64,000 nucleotides of DNA. Origin: Podarcis cretensis (Eukaryota). The notes beneath the pieces are model-generated. The model ran no database searches. It was not told where the DNA came from and worked only from the letters and a program-made list of their open reading frames with translations. This document shows positions 26,809-39,000 of the stretch, piece after piece. The stretch covers positions 60,078,001 through 60,142,000 of the forward strand of contig OX638153.1 of the NCBI GenBank assembly GCA_951804945.1, in the 5' to 3' direction. Positions within the stretch are counted from its first letter, which is position 1. Every line of letters begins with the position of its first letter. The translations under genes and the position numbers were made by a program.

Positions 26809-29579
26809 ATGATGCTCCCCAGCCCCGCCACCTCCACCCCCTTCTCGGTCAAGGATATTCTGAAACTGGAGCAGCAGAGTCTCGGGGGCTCCCTCGAGCC
26901 GCCCTTCCCCGTCGCCGCCGCCGCCGCCTCCTGCCTGCTGGGGTGCCGCAGCTTCTCCGACGGGGAGGACGACGACGAAGACGACGAGAAGCTGCCCTTC
27001 CTCAGCTCCATGGCGGCGACGGGGAAGAGCGCCGCGGATGGGGGGCTTTCCCCAGGGAGCTACGTGCAGGCGGTGCTGCGGGGCACCTGCGAGCCCAAGG
27101 CCCTGGCGGGAGAGGGAGAACCGGTGCTGGATTCCGGAGCCGGTGAGTACCAGCGAGAGCGGGATCAGGACCCCAAAAGGGAGGCATTATTGGGGAATCG
27201 TAGGGCCAGGCGGGCGCCCAAGTCCCTCTCGGAACGCGGAGCGATTCCCAATCTTTCACATTGCCAGGATAACTAATTCCGAAAGTTTCTCCTTCTGGAT
27301 CGCAGCGTGGTTGCGCGTGTGTGGCTTGGAACCACCGTTTCTCCAGCCAGATGGGATGCTGAAAGTGGGACACGCGACATCCGCGTCTCCAGGAGCACGT
27401 CGGTAACGGTCCAGCGCTGCTCAGAAGTGCTTGGGCACCGCCAAACCCAAGTCGCTTAGGCGGACGCCTCTTCCCTCCGCTGCAAAATATTTGTGGCTCC
27501 AACTAACAAAGAATAAGAGGATAAGTCCCTTGGAACTTTGAAAGACTTACTTCCGAGTAAACGTGCTTAGGCTGCTGTCCGCTCTACGCGTCTCTGAGCC
27601 TAAGCCTCCCTGAACACAACGGGACTTGCCATTGGGTAAAATGCACCGGACTGGGTGGTCACACTGCAGCCCTCTTCGTCTCGGATGTAAAATCTTGCTC
27701 AGTTAGTCCCGCTTCCCCATTGCAAGTTTGCCTCGGAGTGCCTCCTAATGCCCCTTACTTGAGAGCAGGTCCTGTGGACCTGGCTTACAAGAAAGCGTCC
27801 TCGGTTCAGCCGGAGACTTAGGCAGAAAGGGGACGACACGTTTGGCCACGCCGAGCCATCCACATCCCCAAACAGGCAAGGAACCGCTCTGAGGCCCAGC
27901 CTCGCAGCCTTGGTGGTCTGGCGGCCAGGAGAGCCGCCTTGGTGGAATGATGGTGCCGCTGGCTCCAGGCCCCCCTTAGGAAAGCCCCCAGGGTGAGGTG
28001 GAGCGGAGTGGGGCGGTCAAAGCGCGAGGGGATCTAGTTGGGGACCCTTCGCACCAAGGTTTTGTCCGAGGCGCGGCAAGCAAAGCTCTTGCTTGCGCTG
28101 TCAATCAGTAACGGGCCTGGCCTGGCTTCCCTCCCTCCCTGGAAGGGAGGAGATCGTGTTCGCACTGCGGGATCTTTGGGGGCATAAAGACTACCGTCTG
28201 CTTCCTAAATGGGCATAAATCCATTTCCCAAGTCCTTGCTTCCTTCCGGCTGCCGTAAGCAGTCCTGGTGGCACAAGGGGAAAACACACACACTTCGCTC
28301 CCGCAAGTTTTTCTCGAGTTGGCTGAGCTCCTGCAGAATGCCAGGCGGCGCTGGCTCCTTCGTTTGCAAGGCCGGGAAGCAGCGGCCATATTCCGTTGCG
28401 GAAGACTCAACTTTCTATATAATAATAGTAATACTATTACTATTAAAAATACTTGGCAAACCGTGTTTCTAACTTGCTCCGCCTTTCGAATTACAGGCGC
28501 GCTTTTCTGCTGCAGGCTTATTTTGCGGAAGAATAGTTTTGGGGTTGTTGCAGCTGTGTCTTTATGCCCTTTAAGGCTGCGGTTATACGCAGCCTTAACC
28601 TTAACCTGGGCGTAAGTCCCACTGAACAGAGCGGGACACTTCTGGGTTACCCTGCCTAGGAGTGCCCTGTAAGACACCGACGGAATTATCTTGTGACCTA
28701 GCATTCGGTGCATCAAAAAAGAAAACGAAAACAGATGTCGGCCCTTCCAGGTGCCCGCGCAGCGTGTTCTCTCCTCTCCCTTTAAATAATGTATTAATCT
28801 GTCTTGAGAAATGCGTAAATGAGAGGTTTCTGCAAGGTGATAAGGGGTGTGGGGGTGTCAATGTGTTGTACCGGTCCCTTGTACCACGAGCGAGCGCAGC
28901 ACGCAGCTCCCCGGTTCTTGACTGGAGCATCTCTCTCCGTTCCCCGTCCTCTGCAGGGAAGGAGCCCACGGAGGAGTCGTCGGAGCGGCCCAAGGCGCGC
29001 GGCCGGAGGAAGCCTCGGGTGCTCTTCTCGCAAGCGCAGGTCTTCGAGCTGGAGCGGCGCTTCCAGCAGCAGCGCTACCTGTCGGCCCCCGAGCGCGAGT
29101 TGCTGGCCAGCAGCCTCAAGCTCACGTCCACGCAGGTGAAGATCTGGTTCCAGAACCGACGCTACAAGTGCAAGCGGCAGCGGCAGGACAAGGCCCTCGA
29201 CCTGGGCGGCCCGACGGCGGGGATGCCTCCGCCCTCGCAGCAGCCTCCGCCTCCGCCGCGCAGGGTGGCCGTGCCCGTGCTGGTGAGGGACGGCAAGCCC
29301 TGCCTGGGCGGCTCGCAGGCCTACAGCGCGCCCTACAACGCCGCCGCCGCCGCCGCCTATCCTTATAATGGATTCCCCAACTACGCCTACGGCGGTTCCC
29401 CCGCGGCTGCTTACGGGGCCGGCTACGGCTGCAGCTACCCGGCGGCCAACAGCGGGGGCCCGTCGGTGCCGCCGCCTGCGGGGCCCTACATGAACATGGG
29501 CGGCTTCGCGGGCGGCGCGCAGCCCTTGCACCAGGGTCCCGCGGGGCCTTCCTGTAGTCAGGGCATCCGAGCTTGGTAG
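26809..29579 (+). CDS. NKX2-3: Homeobox protein Nkx-2.3; join(26809..27142,28957..29579), 318 aa
   Basis: TN/eh1 motif [13 protein letters not shown] in exon 1; phase-1 GT-AG intron (G|gtgagt at 27143, ctgcag|GG at 28956); NK2 homeodomain [20 protein letters not shown]...[13 protein letters not shown] (29004-29183, Tyr54); NK2-[17 protein letters not shown]; Tyr-rich region; C-terminal GIRAW; F14 and LASSLKL fit NKX2-3 rather than NKX2-5; synteny with SLC25A28/ENTPD7/COX15. Confidence 0.96.
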
Positions 29580-30141
29580 CCCCGGCCCGGCCGACGGAGA
29601 GATCGAGCAGCGAGCGCGGTTCAGAGCCACGAGCCAAGTCCCCGGTAGCTGGCTGGGGCCCGGCGAGGCAGGCGGGCAGCCGGAGAAGCGGCGCTTCCTC
29701 GGACGGGGAGACCCGGCGACCACGCAAGAAAGTGCGCCGCGCTAGCACAGGGAGCGGCTCCATCCTCCACCCTCAGTACCTTGCCAGCCGACAGCCAGCC
29801 GGGCTGCAGTCCACGCTGCTAAACGGCCTCGATCGCCACGCGGCGGCACTGGCTCTGCTGGACACTCTTCCCATTCATTTAGACTCTCTTCCCTCACTCC
29901 CGGCGGAGTGCCCGCAGCCCAAGCTCTCCTGGGGAAAGGGGCGCGGCGGGAGACTCCGCGCCAAGGCCGAGCAGGGACGGGGACGGGGGGAGGCCAGGCT
30001 CGGCCAGAAAGCAGCTTCGCTTGTACAAAGCCAAAGCCGGGGGGGAGGCCGCCGAGAGCCACCCCTTGTTGTTGTTGTTGTTGTTGTTGTATCTTAAAAG
30101 TGTATCGATGTAGCCACCGCTGCAAGGAAGTTAAACGATCC

Positions 30142-30147
30142 AATAAA
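30142..30147 (+). terminator. Probable NKX2-3 polyadenylation signal (AATAAA)
   Basis: First AATAAA after the NKX2-3 stop, ~560 nt downstream. Confidence 0.6.
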
Positions 30148-31713
30148 CCAGGTGCAATATCCATCGCAGGCTTCGCGCTGGCGGGGCGGGAAAGACAGGC
30201 GAAAGAGCGAGCGAGATCTGGGTTCCTCCTCTGGCCTAAGCGTCCCTTCCAGGTAGAGCTCCTCTCCTGTTGCGCAGGTTCTAAACAAACCACGCTGCGC
30301 ACCTCAAATGCGCAAGTGTTGCAGGAAAAGTCGAAGCCACAGAGCCGCTTTGCCATCATAGACGGCTGTCTCTGAAGCTTCTCCCTCCTTCCTCCTCTCT
30401 TCCTTCGACGGCACCCATTTCCCCCTGCGGTGCAACAGAGTCCACCTCAGATCCATGCAGCTTCTAACTGTGGGACAGTTATTCCTCCTAACCCAGCAGC
30501 CGAGGTAGATTCATGCCGCCTCCAGCAACCTGGAGGCACGGAAAGTGGGGGGTGTAATCCGGCCTATCTTAATCCGGAGTCAGTTCCTCCGGAGGGCAGG
30601 CAAGCCCAAAGGAAACCCGCCCTGTCAGGACCCGGAGCTGCTTCAAGTAGCTCGAAGGCCGCGAGGGCTGCGGAGCGTGCGGCTCTCCAGACGCGGCTGG
30701 ACTACAACTCCGAGCACGATGGGAGTTGGAGTCCTGCAACCTCCGTAGCCCGCAGGCTCCCGCTTCCTGAAGGGAGAAGGCAGGCCCGTTAGCCCGTCGA
30801 CGGGCGTTGGAAGAGTCGCCCAAGGTCCCCCCTCCGCCTCCCTCCGCCTCCAGCACCTCCGTGGCCTCGGCTCTCCTAGCATTTGGAGGCGCCGCGAGAG
30901 GGCGGGCTGCGCGGCCGGGTACCTGCCCGCGGCCGGAGGTGCCTCCTTCCCTCGGGCCTTTAATAGGTGGCCAGCCGGCCGCTGTAATCCCCTTGTCCCG
31001 GGCGGGCGGGCGGGCGGGCGGGGAGAGGGTGCCAAGGGGCTGAATGGGGCAGCGCGCGGCGCCGAGAGGCCCATTGTGGCGGCCGGGCCGGCTCTGAAAG
31101 GAAGCGCCTGGAAGCGGCGCTTACTGGATTGGGGGACAAAAGGCGGGCCGAGGGGGGCTCCGGACAAAGGGCGAGATTGACGGCCCGCGCTGCCTCCCCC
31201 GCTGCGCCCGGGAGGGCGGGGGAGCTGCGGTTTTGTTCCCCTTTTTTATCCCGGGGGGCGAGCGGGGGATTAGGAGGCGCAGTTCAATGTCGGATCCGCC
31301 CCCGCCCTGAGTCGGGGTCGAGGAAGGTGGGGAAGCGGGGCAGAAGCAGACAGAGAGTGTCTATTCCCCCCCCCCCCCCCAGGAAAGGAAAAGCGCTGCT
31401 GTGTGACTCAGGCCTGACGTGAAGAAATGTGCCTGGGTTACTTAGTGGTTGGGAAAAGGTACTCTGCACATGCTTGAAAGACGCCTCGCCGTCAGTTGTG
31501 CTTTGGCCCCGCCCCTCCGCGATGCCCTCGAGTCATCTTTACCTCCCTTGCTGCGGGATAGATGGGGTAGCCTTCACCAAAGGCACCGCCGAGGACCTCC
31601 CCTCTCGGTCTGCCCGTGCTGGGGACCCAGCTCACTGGGACGGGCAAGGCACGTGGGGAGTGTGTGCCCGCCCATTCCTTGCTTCAAAGCGGGGTTGTCT
31701 TTTCCCACGTGAA

Positions 31714-31895
31714 CAGGGGTGCCACATTGAATAAAGTATGGGGAGGGAGTAAGCCCCGCCCCGCATAACCGATCACATGATGTGGTGCACGCACACATTT
31801 GAATGGCAATGCCCATCCATTGGGGGAGGGAGCCTCCTCAAGTATTTTAGGGGGGGGCCGAATACCCCCTCGGCCCCTAGGAGTTGGCTCCTATG
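31714..31895. mobile_element. hAT-type MITE (shorter relative at ~33762-33874)
   Basis: CAGGGGTGCCA / TGGCTCCTATG ends; TSD CACGTGAA/CACATGAA; shares an internal cgatcacatga...catttgaatggcaatg block with the second copy. Confidence 0.7.
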
Positions 31896-32358
31896 CACAT
31901 GAATGGCCGCGAAGAGATTTCTTACTGCTTAGAATAGCCGGACGCAACTGCTGCGCAAAGGGGAGCTGCTTCGAACCTGCGCGAGCTGGGGCGCCTTGCC
32001 CCGCAAGAGACCCTGCGGACTGTAGCCCCGGCGGGGACCGCGAACCAACGGCAGCCGCCGGAGGTGAGCCCTTGGCGGTTAAAATGGTCTGGAACAAGAG
32101 CCTAGCGCCGAAGGTGCCAGGTTAGCTAGAGGCGGCGGCTCCATTAAGGGTCAATGGGGCGCTGCCTCCACACTTGCAACCGGTCCAGAGCGTACAGGTT
32201 TGTGGGTTTTTTTTTGCTTCGGTTCTGTCTACTGTCTGGGCTTCCTGCTTTCTTCCCTGCCTGCTGTAGATGGGCACCACCATCCGCCCGCCACTGAATT
32301 AGTTGGCCAGGAAGACAGAATGAAAAAAGTACAGTAAGTTTGGTGAACATGGAAGAAA

Positions 32359-32372
32359 CCACCAGGGGGCGC
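32359..32372 (+). promoter_or_regulatory. CTCF consensus core CCACCAGGGGGCGC
   Basis: Exact match to the canonical CTCF core, in unique sequence between NKX2-3 and SLC25A28. Confidence 0.65.
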
Positions 32373-32754
32373 ACCCAAATAGACCTCCCGGATACTGTAC
32401 CAGCAGTTTGCTTAATGCTGCCCACGATATTAACTGAAGGAATGAAGGGGCTGGGCGGGGCGGGGGGAGCCATATAATCACAGAGTTGGAAGGGATCCTG
32501 AGGTAAAAAGTCCAATGGGTAAAAAGAGATTGCATTTGCTGCCCACCAGAGGGAAAACTTTTAAGGATCTGCTTATCACTCCGTTGGTGGTGGGGTTACT
32601 GTAGGAGTCGCTTTGCCTCCTTTCTTTAGGTCTTGGCGATCCTGAGGAAGTTGGGGTGATGGGAAAAGAGGCGGTTGTCACTCCCATAACCCTGAATCAC
32701 AGTCTGAGTGTGCTGTGAGGCAGTGACACACATCCCTTTGACCAGATTTTAAAC

Positions 32755-32912
32755 CTCTGTGATGCAATTGATCAGTGCCTCTGGCTATTAACCAAAAGTT
32801 GGTGGTTCCAGCCAACCCAGGAACAGCTGTGGGTGAGATTCTTGCATTGAGGACATTGGACTAGATGACACTCAGGATCCCTTCCAACGCTACTCTATGA
32901 TTCTATGATTCT
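32755..32912 (+). mobile_element. SINE-like element with CR1-derived tail
   Basis: Degenerate tRNA-like head followed by ggactagatga...cccttccaac...ctatgattctatgattct. Confidence 0.55.
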
Positions 32913-35640
32913 ACCCCCTAAAGACGTTGTTAAATAAATAAATAAATTTTTATTTATACCCTGCCCTTCCTGGTTCTGAAAACTGGGCTCAGGGCGGCTA
33001 ACAACAAAATTTAAAACACTTAAGTGATGCAACAAAACAGCATAAAATACTGTACAAAACGTGAATAACAGTAAATTCAGAATTCAAAATCAATTTAGGG
33101 GGAAATCCATCCAATAAACATTAGATGATCACTAGGGCTAGCTGGCTAAATTAGTCCTATTTGGGCCAGCGAGGAGACCAGGGGAGAATTAGACATAAAA
33201 TTTTAAGGAGGAAGGGGACAGAGGAGAGGTAAGGAAGGTTTCTCCTTGAAGGGAGAGGACCAGAAGAGGTGTTGAAGGAAATCAGAAAGTGAGACAAAAG
33301 TTTACTACTGTATTTATTATTAATACATAAACCTGGAATAGAATGGAAGGGAAATAAGGCTGCACTAATTATAATAGAATATGATCCAGATAACAGATCC
33401 TATTCAGCTCATTTCTTCTGCTTTAAGGCAGGGTAGGGAACCTCAGGCCCAGGGGGCAAATGCAGCCCTCCGGGCCTCGCTGTCTTGTCCTCAGAATACA
33501 TCATACCCGGCTTTGCTCTCCAGATGTTGTCTGTATTGAACTGCTCTGACTTGCAGCTGCTCTCTGGAGTTTTGGATGGCTGACATCCTCAATCCCATCT
33601 AGCGATGTTGAGGACTGAACCTGGAGCTTTTACCTGGCACTGCTCTTCTGTCTTTTGCAGCAGCCTGTCAGTAATTAAGCAGGTAAAGTCCTCCCCACCA
33701 TTTACCTTAGTCCCAGGGAAAGAGGGGACAGGGAGACTCCCATTGCCAACCAAATATCTGTCAAGGGGTGCCAACTTGAATAAAATACCCTCATAATCGA
33801 TCACATGACATGCACACACACCATTTGAATGGCAATGGCCATTAACTGGGGGGGGGGGGGAGTTGGTGCCTCTGTTAAGTCACTACTGCAGGATGAGGGA
33901 CTTGGAAGTTATGTACAAATTCCAAGCCACGTCCATAGTTTTCCTGAAAGAATTAGCAAAAGCCATATGCCAGGAATTCCACTAGTGTGCAGGTACTCTG
34001 TTTTTCCTGTTGCCCTGCTACCCAGATCTAAGCCATGGCTTGACTTAGCATTATGTCCATACTGAGGTTCATGGTTTGTCTTGCTCCTGACAATGCACAA
34101 ACTGCAACTAGGGGTTGTTCTTGGCTTACAAATTGTGGTTTTCTTGCAGAAGACAAGCCACAAGGCCAGGCTTGGATAGAACACTAAGCCAAACCATGGC
34201 TTAGTTTCAGGAGTGTGGCAGCAGGATTTCCCACCTGTACCTGCATGCTTATGCATTCTTGTTTATTCATGGTTTGAATTACATGTGAACTGGGCCACAG
34301 AGAAAATTTTCCGCAAAATTAATGTTTACACCACCTCAAAGATTGAGGGGAAATGCCAGTCAGGGAGCACCAGGCTCTTCTCTGCATTGCTGCAACAGGT
34401 GAGCCTTCTTGTCAACTTTTCTTTCCCAGGAAGACAAGAATTTCCTGTCAAAGTCTACCCTTCCAAGACAGGTCAAGTCAGCAAGAAGCACAGCTAGCAA
34501 AACCATATATGAACAGGCATTTCGAACATAAGATCTATTTGCCCTTTTGGTTCAACTTCACAGCTCTAAAACATCAATTATCTCTTCATCACTCACATAA
34601 CCCTAATGCAACAGAAAGTATGCATTAGGAAATCTAAAATTTGGCTACATCCATCATAAGCCAATGAAGACAGATGTATTGTTTTGAGGTTTCACTTTCC
34701 TTGCTGCAAAAGGCAAAAGGCACACGTAGGAAGCAGACAGGCTTTTCAGTAAGACACTGGCTCAGTCAGAGATTTATATTTGCCTCATTTGTGTATTCTT
34801 CCTTTTCCTAAATGACACATTCCAAATCTTGGGATCAAGAGAAGGAGGAAAGATTGCCACACTTCCCCCCTAAGAAGTAAGATGAAGCCCATTAACACAG
34901 TCATCTTTGTTGCCCATTCAAAGTTAAAAGTTACCTGGAACCTAAGTGCCGTACTTTTGGAGTTCCTGAAACATGGAGGGGCCAGCATCATACGACAAGG
35001 TAAACAGAGAATGCATGCTTTATAACTGCAGATGGTTAAATGGTATTCCCCAATATCACCTGTCTGCCTGTTCTCAAACTACAGCCTGACTCTACTCTTT
35101 CACATTGCTACTCTGTCTGGTGTGATAGAGGATAATAGGAACAAGAACTATTTTTTTTACATATGTACACACATGCACCTGTGTCTTTTCCATCACAGTA
35201 TATATATTACTGGAGGACACTGCAAGCCAGTTGAAAGAACACCCGACTGAGGCAGACACTGCATCTTTTCCCCTGCTACTATAAGAATGTGTGTTTGAGC
35301 TATGTTGGTAGGTAAGAATACTGCTGAAATATATATGGGAGGAACAAGAATCACCTAAAGCTGTCAGTTGTCTGGTGCCGGTATCCTGTAGGAACATAAA
35401 TGCTCTCCAAATATAATGACAATAGAAAGCTGGTTCTTCATGGATATTACTCATACAAGATGCGGCATTATATGATACTAATCTCACTTCTACTCTCCCA
35501 CCTACCACAAGAGGAAACAATTTAGACCATCCTGCTATAGGTTGGGCTAACTTACCTGTAACAAAGCCCTATAGCTGCTAAAAAGAGAGCAAGAGATAAG
35601 GAGAATAATAGCAAACAAGGGCTGTGACGATAAAGCAGAC

Positions 35641-35646
35641 TTTATT
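35641..35646 (-). terminator. Probable SLC25A28 polyadenylation signal
   Basis: TTTATT on + (AATAAA on -) ~415 nt past the stop codon. Confidence 0.6.
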
Positions 35647-36060
35647 GGAGGTGCCAAGGGCCACAACAATCAAAGCCTTCCCAGAGAGCATGAGGTTTGT
35701 GTGTGTGCTACTAGACAACAGCTCAGCTAACACTTCCCCTGCCTCCATCACCACGTTGTCGTAACAGCAACCCGTTCAGGGTATGCAGGTCATCACCCCA
35801 AGTTCCAGTGTGCTCACGGTAGCTCATGGTAGTCTCCACCTCTTTTAAGGGAATACAACTTTTGGGGCAAGGGAGATGCTTGTTAGGTGACAGGCTGGAA
35901 AAGGGCAGGCCAAGCTGCTGCTCATTGTGTACTATCCATTTGGGAGAAGGATGATGGGCTGTGCAAAATGCAGCAGCAGGCAAGAGGCGGCATCGTTATT
36001 CCAAAGGCTTGCTTGTCATCTGAGTCTGGCACCAGCCAATCCAGCGGGTGGAGTCATATT

Positions 36061-39000
36061 TCACTTCCCGGCCAAGCGTTCCTCCTTTCGCTTGGTAAGG
36101 ATGTATTTGAAGAACTCATACACAGACCAGGCAATGGCTGTGGAGGGCATCTGGTAAATGACACGTGCTTGTACCCCTCGAAAATAGGCAGTCAGCCCAC
36201 CCACGCGGTACACCGTCCTGAATGCATGAGCCATGCCTGTAATGTGCCCACTGATGTTGGTATTCAGTGCCAGGGCCTCCTGGGTATTCAGCAGTGTCTT
36301 GCAAACGTCCAATGGGGTGGTGGCAGCAGCAGCAATGGCCCCTGCACAGGCCCCTGCCACCATATGGGAACTAGGGTTGTACTGTCTGTGAGGATTGAGG
36401 TGTTCCTGCAAAGATTCATATGCCATGAAGTGGATGGCCTGGAAGGGGATGTTCATAGTCAGCTGAGTGGTGTAGCTTCGGTAGAAAGCTCCTGGCCCTT
36501 CATTGCACCATACAGCACGTACACAGTCTGTTGCTCGCTGGTATGGAGAGTTGTACATCTGCATTCTCTGCTTTACCACTGATCACAAGATGACAGCAGC
36601 AGCCCAGCCATGGAGACGAGAGAAGGGCAGGGAGGAGCAAAGAAAAAATGTATAAGTAAGTGCAGTGATCTGAACAGTGTGCATTCTACATAAACACTTT
36701 AATAGATTCAGGGGCCCCTGCATCCCTCAAACTTGCCTCAGTGTGATCTATCTACCCACCCAACAAATCCTGCAGAACTCCACAACTCATGAAAAAACAG
36801 TAATGCCCCAATTCTGGAATTGTGAGACACCAAGTAAAACGGGGGTTACTGAAATGTGATCTGATTATGCCTACACAATGTAGGGAACACAAATATGAAA
36901 GACAAGTTGCAATATTGTTTTTATGTCATTTTTCAACACCAAGAGCAAGGGCAGACACACAAATACCTTCTTTGCTTCAGCCAAAGTTTTGTCCACCACC
37001 CACCCGCTGCATCCAAAGAACCCTTGTAGCAGGTAAGGCTGCATGTCTGAACTGTATCACAAGCAACATGAAAGCACCCCCTGGTGACAAGAAGGGAGCA
37101 GCACAAGCTGCATGAAAGTTGCAGGACTGCTGGGAAGCAACATTACCTTCTGCTGGGTTCATGGCTGCATCATGAAGCAATGTTGCCACACAGCCTGCTG
37201 CGCCTGCAAAACAAGGACTATTACATGTGAAAAGTGGGAAGAAGACCTAAGGAGCTCTCACAATGTGCCACCGGAGGAGTGTATGCGAGCAAATAGGGAC
37301 ACCCCCCTCCCCAAGAGAGAATGAAAGTTCATTGAGAAGTTAGCATCAGTTTTCAGAAAGGGAATATCAGAAATATTCAAGGCTTCAGTGCAGGCAATAT
37401 TTATCATATTAATCTCGACCCACATTGGAAGGATTGGGGGGGGGGTCAGAAGACTAAGACTGCAATCCTAACTCCACTTACCTGGGAGTAAGTCCACTGA
37501 ATTAAATAGGACTTACTTCTGAGTAAACATGGTTAGGATTGCACTGTAAATTATCTATCATCTTTAATTCCTAGAGCAGAGAAGAGCCAAGACCGTCTTG
37601 CAGCTATTTAGGATTCTTGCAGCTATTTAGGATTCTTCCGCCATCCTGCTACACATCCAACAAGCTTCAGTCAGGTGAGTTAGTTCCAAAATTCTAGGAT
37701 CTCCAGCTAATTGGGTCTTCCTATTATCTGTCCAGACTATCAGAGATGAAGGAGCCTCAGAAGCATGCTAGTGTGAAAAAGTAAATATAAGCAGACCAGA
37801 CTCTACAACACGTTACAGCAAGCTTGGGGTTCTCCCCACTCAAAAATGAGGATGCTAAAAGGACAAATGTAAGAGCAGATACGAACATGAACATATCTGG
37901 GACAGCTGCTTCAAAGGAAGAGCACTATATAAAGTCAAAATGAAATACAAACAGCAACACACCCATTCTTCTATCATATTTCAAACTATCTTCACAATAC
38001 AGAAAGTTTGTCTGCTCTGGTGGAAACTGCAGCTATCTGCCCCATATTCCCACAATCCCTTCTCATTCACGAATTCCTTTCAAAAGTCAATGAGAAATCC
38101 TACATTCCTAATTATCATAGTTAGATAATGCTTGGAGTGAAGCAGAACACAGCATCAGGGAAGAATGTCAATAGTAAATAGGATTCAGAAGTTAGCAATA
38201 TTACAGCAGTAAGAAAGAAGACAGGAGTGCCTGGCGTGCTCTGGTCCATGGGGTCACGGACACGACTAAACAAGAAGAAGAAGAAGAAAGAACCAGGCAT
38301 CCAGTTCTTCATTTCACTAACAGTCCTAGCTGGGAACATAGGGACCCTCAGGGTGGGGCAAGGAGGCAAGAAGGGACAATACCGTTGGCCACGTGACTAT
38401 TGCCCCCAGCATGGATAATGTCGGTAAGTGTCTTTTTCAACTTTTCGTAGCAGGCGAAATACAAGGCATGAGCAGGGCCTGCCCCTGTGGCTGTGATGTT
38501 CAATCCACGCATGGGTCGCCAGATCCCTTCAGTCCGCACGATCCGCCACAGGGCCTCCAGCACATTCCGGTAGCGAGCAGCAGGTTCCGGTTGCAGGCTC
38601 TGCATCCTTGTCTGCCAGCGCAGGGAGGGGAGCAGGTTAGATATGCCAAGGGACTTAGCCTAGTAAGCGCTCCACACCCAGCTCTCCCAACCCAGGACAC
38701 TCCTTCCTTTCAGAGCCATTCAGCTGCATTTGATGGCTGCACACAAATGAGTGCTCGCAGGCGACCTTTGTAGGTGTCTGCAGATCACCAGAGGGCCTTC
38801 GCGTCTGCCAGGACTCTACCGTATGTACAACACCCCCACACACACCTTACCCCTTTCTCCCAACCCCATGACTGAGACCAAATATTTCTGGAACCAGGTC
38901 GGTCGCTTTGGCGGCAAAAGTGAAGGCCTGAAACGTGATCAAGGAAACCGATCTTGCTTCTTGTCAACTAGTGGCGGCAACACATAACTCTCCTGTCAAG

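Larger units (their letters stand above)
18400..32150. promoter_or_regulatory. Broad CpG-rich domain over and around NKX2-3 (plus satellite island at ~16950-17500)
   Basis: CpG is visibly abundant throughout, even in AT-rich stretches, in contrast to CpG-poor 1-16 kb and 33-38 kb; boundaries approximate. Confidence 0.7.

Noticed and set aside
28662-28956. N-terminal part of the 305-aa ORF as coding sequence
   Set aside because: Intronic read-through; the true acceptor is at 28956 and joins exon 1 in phase
28794-29723. 309-aa antisense ORF (and 213-aa ORF 29122-29763) over NKX2-3 exon 2
   Set aside because: Stop-poor shadow of very GC-rich coding sequence; no recognisable domain
35620-36060. 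Iron-responsive element in the mitoferrin-2 3' UTR
   Set aside because: No CAGUGN-loop hairpin seen on the minus strand by eye
35887-36582. 231-aa plus-strand ORF opposite SLC25A28 exon 4
   Set aside because: Codon-aligned antisense mirror of a real exon; non-ATG start; no independent gene signals
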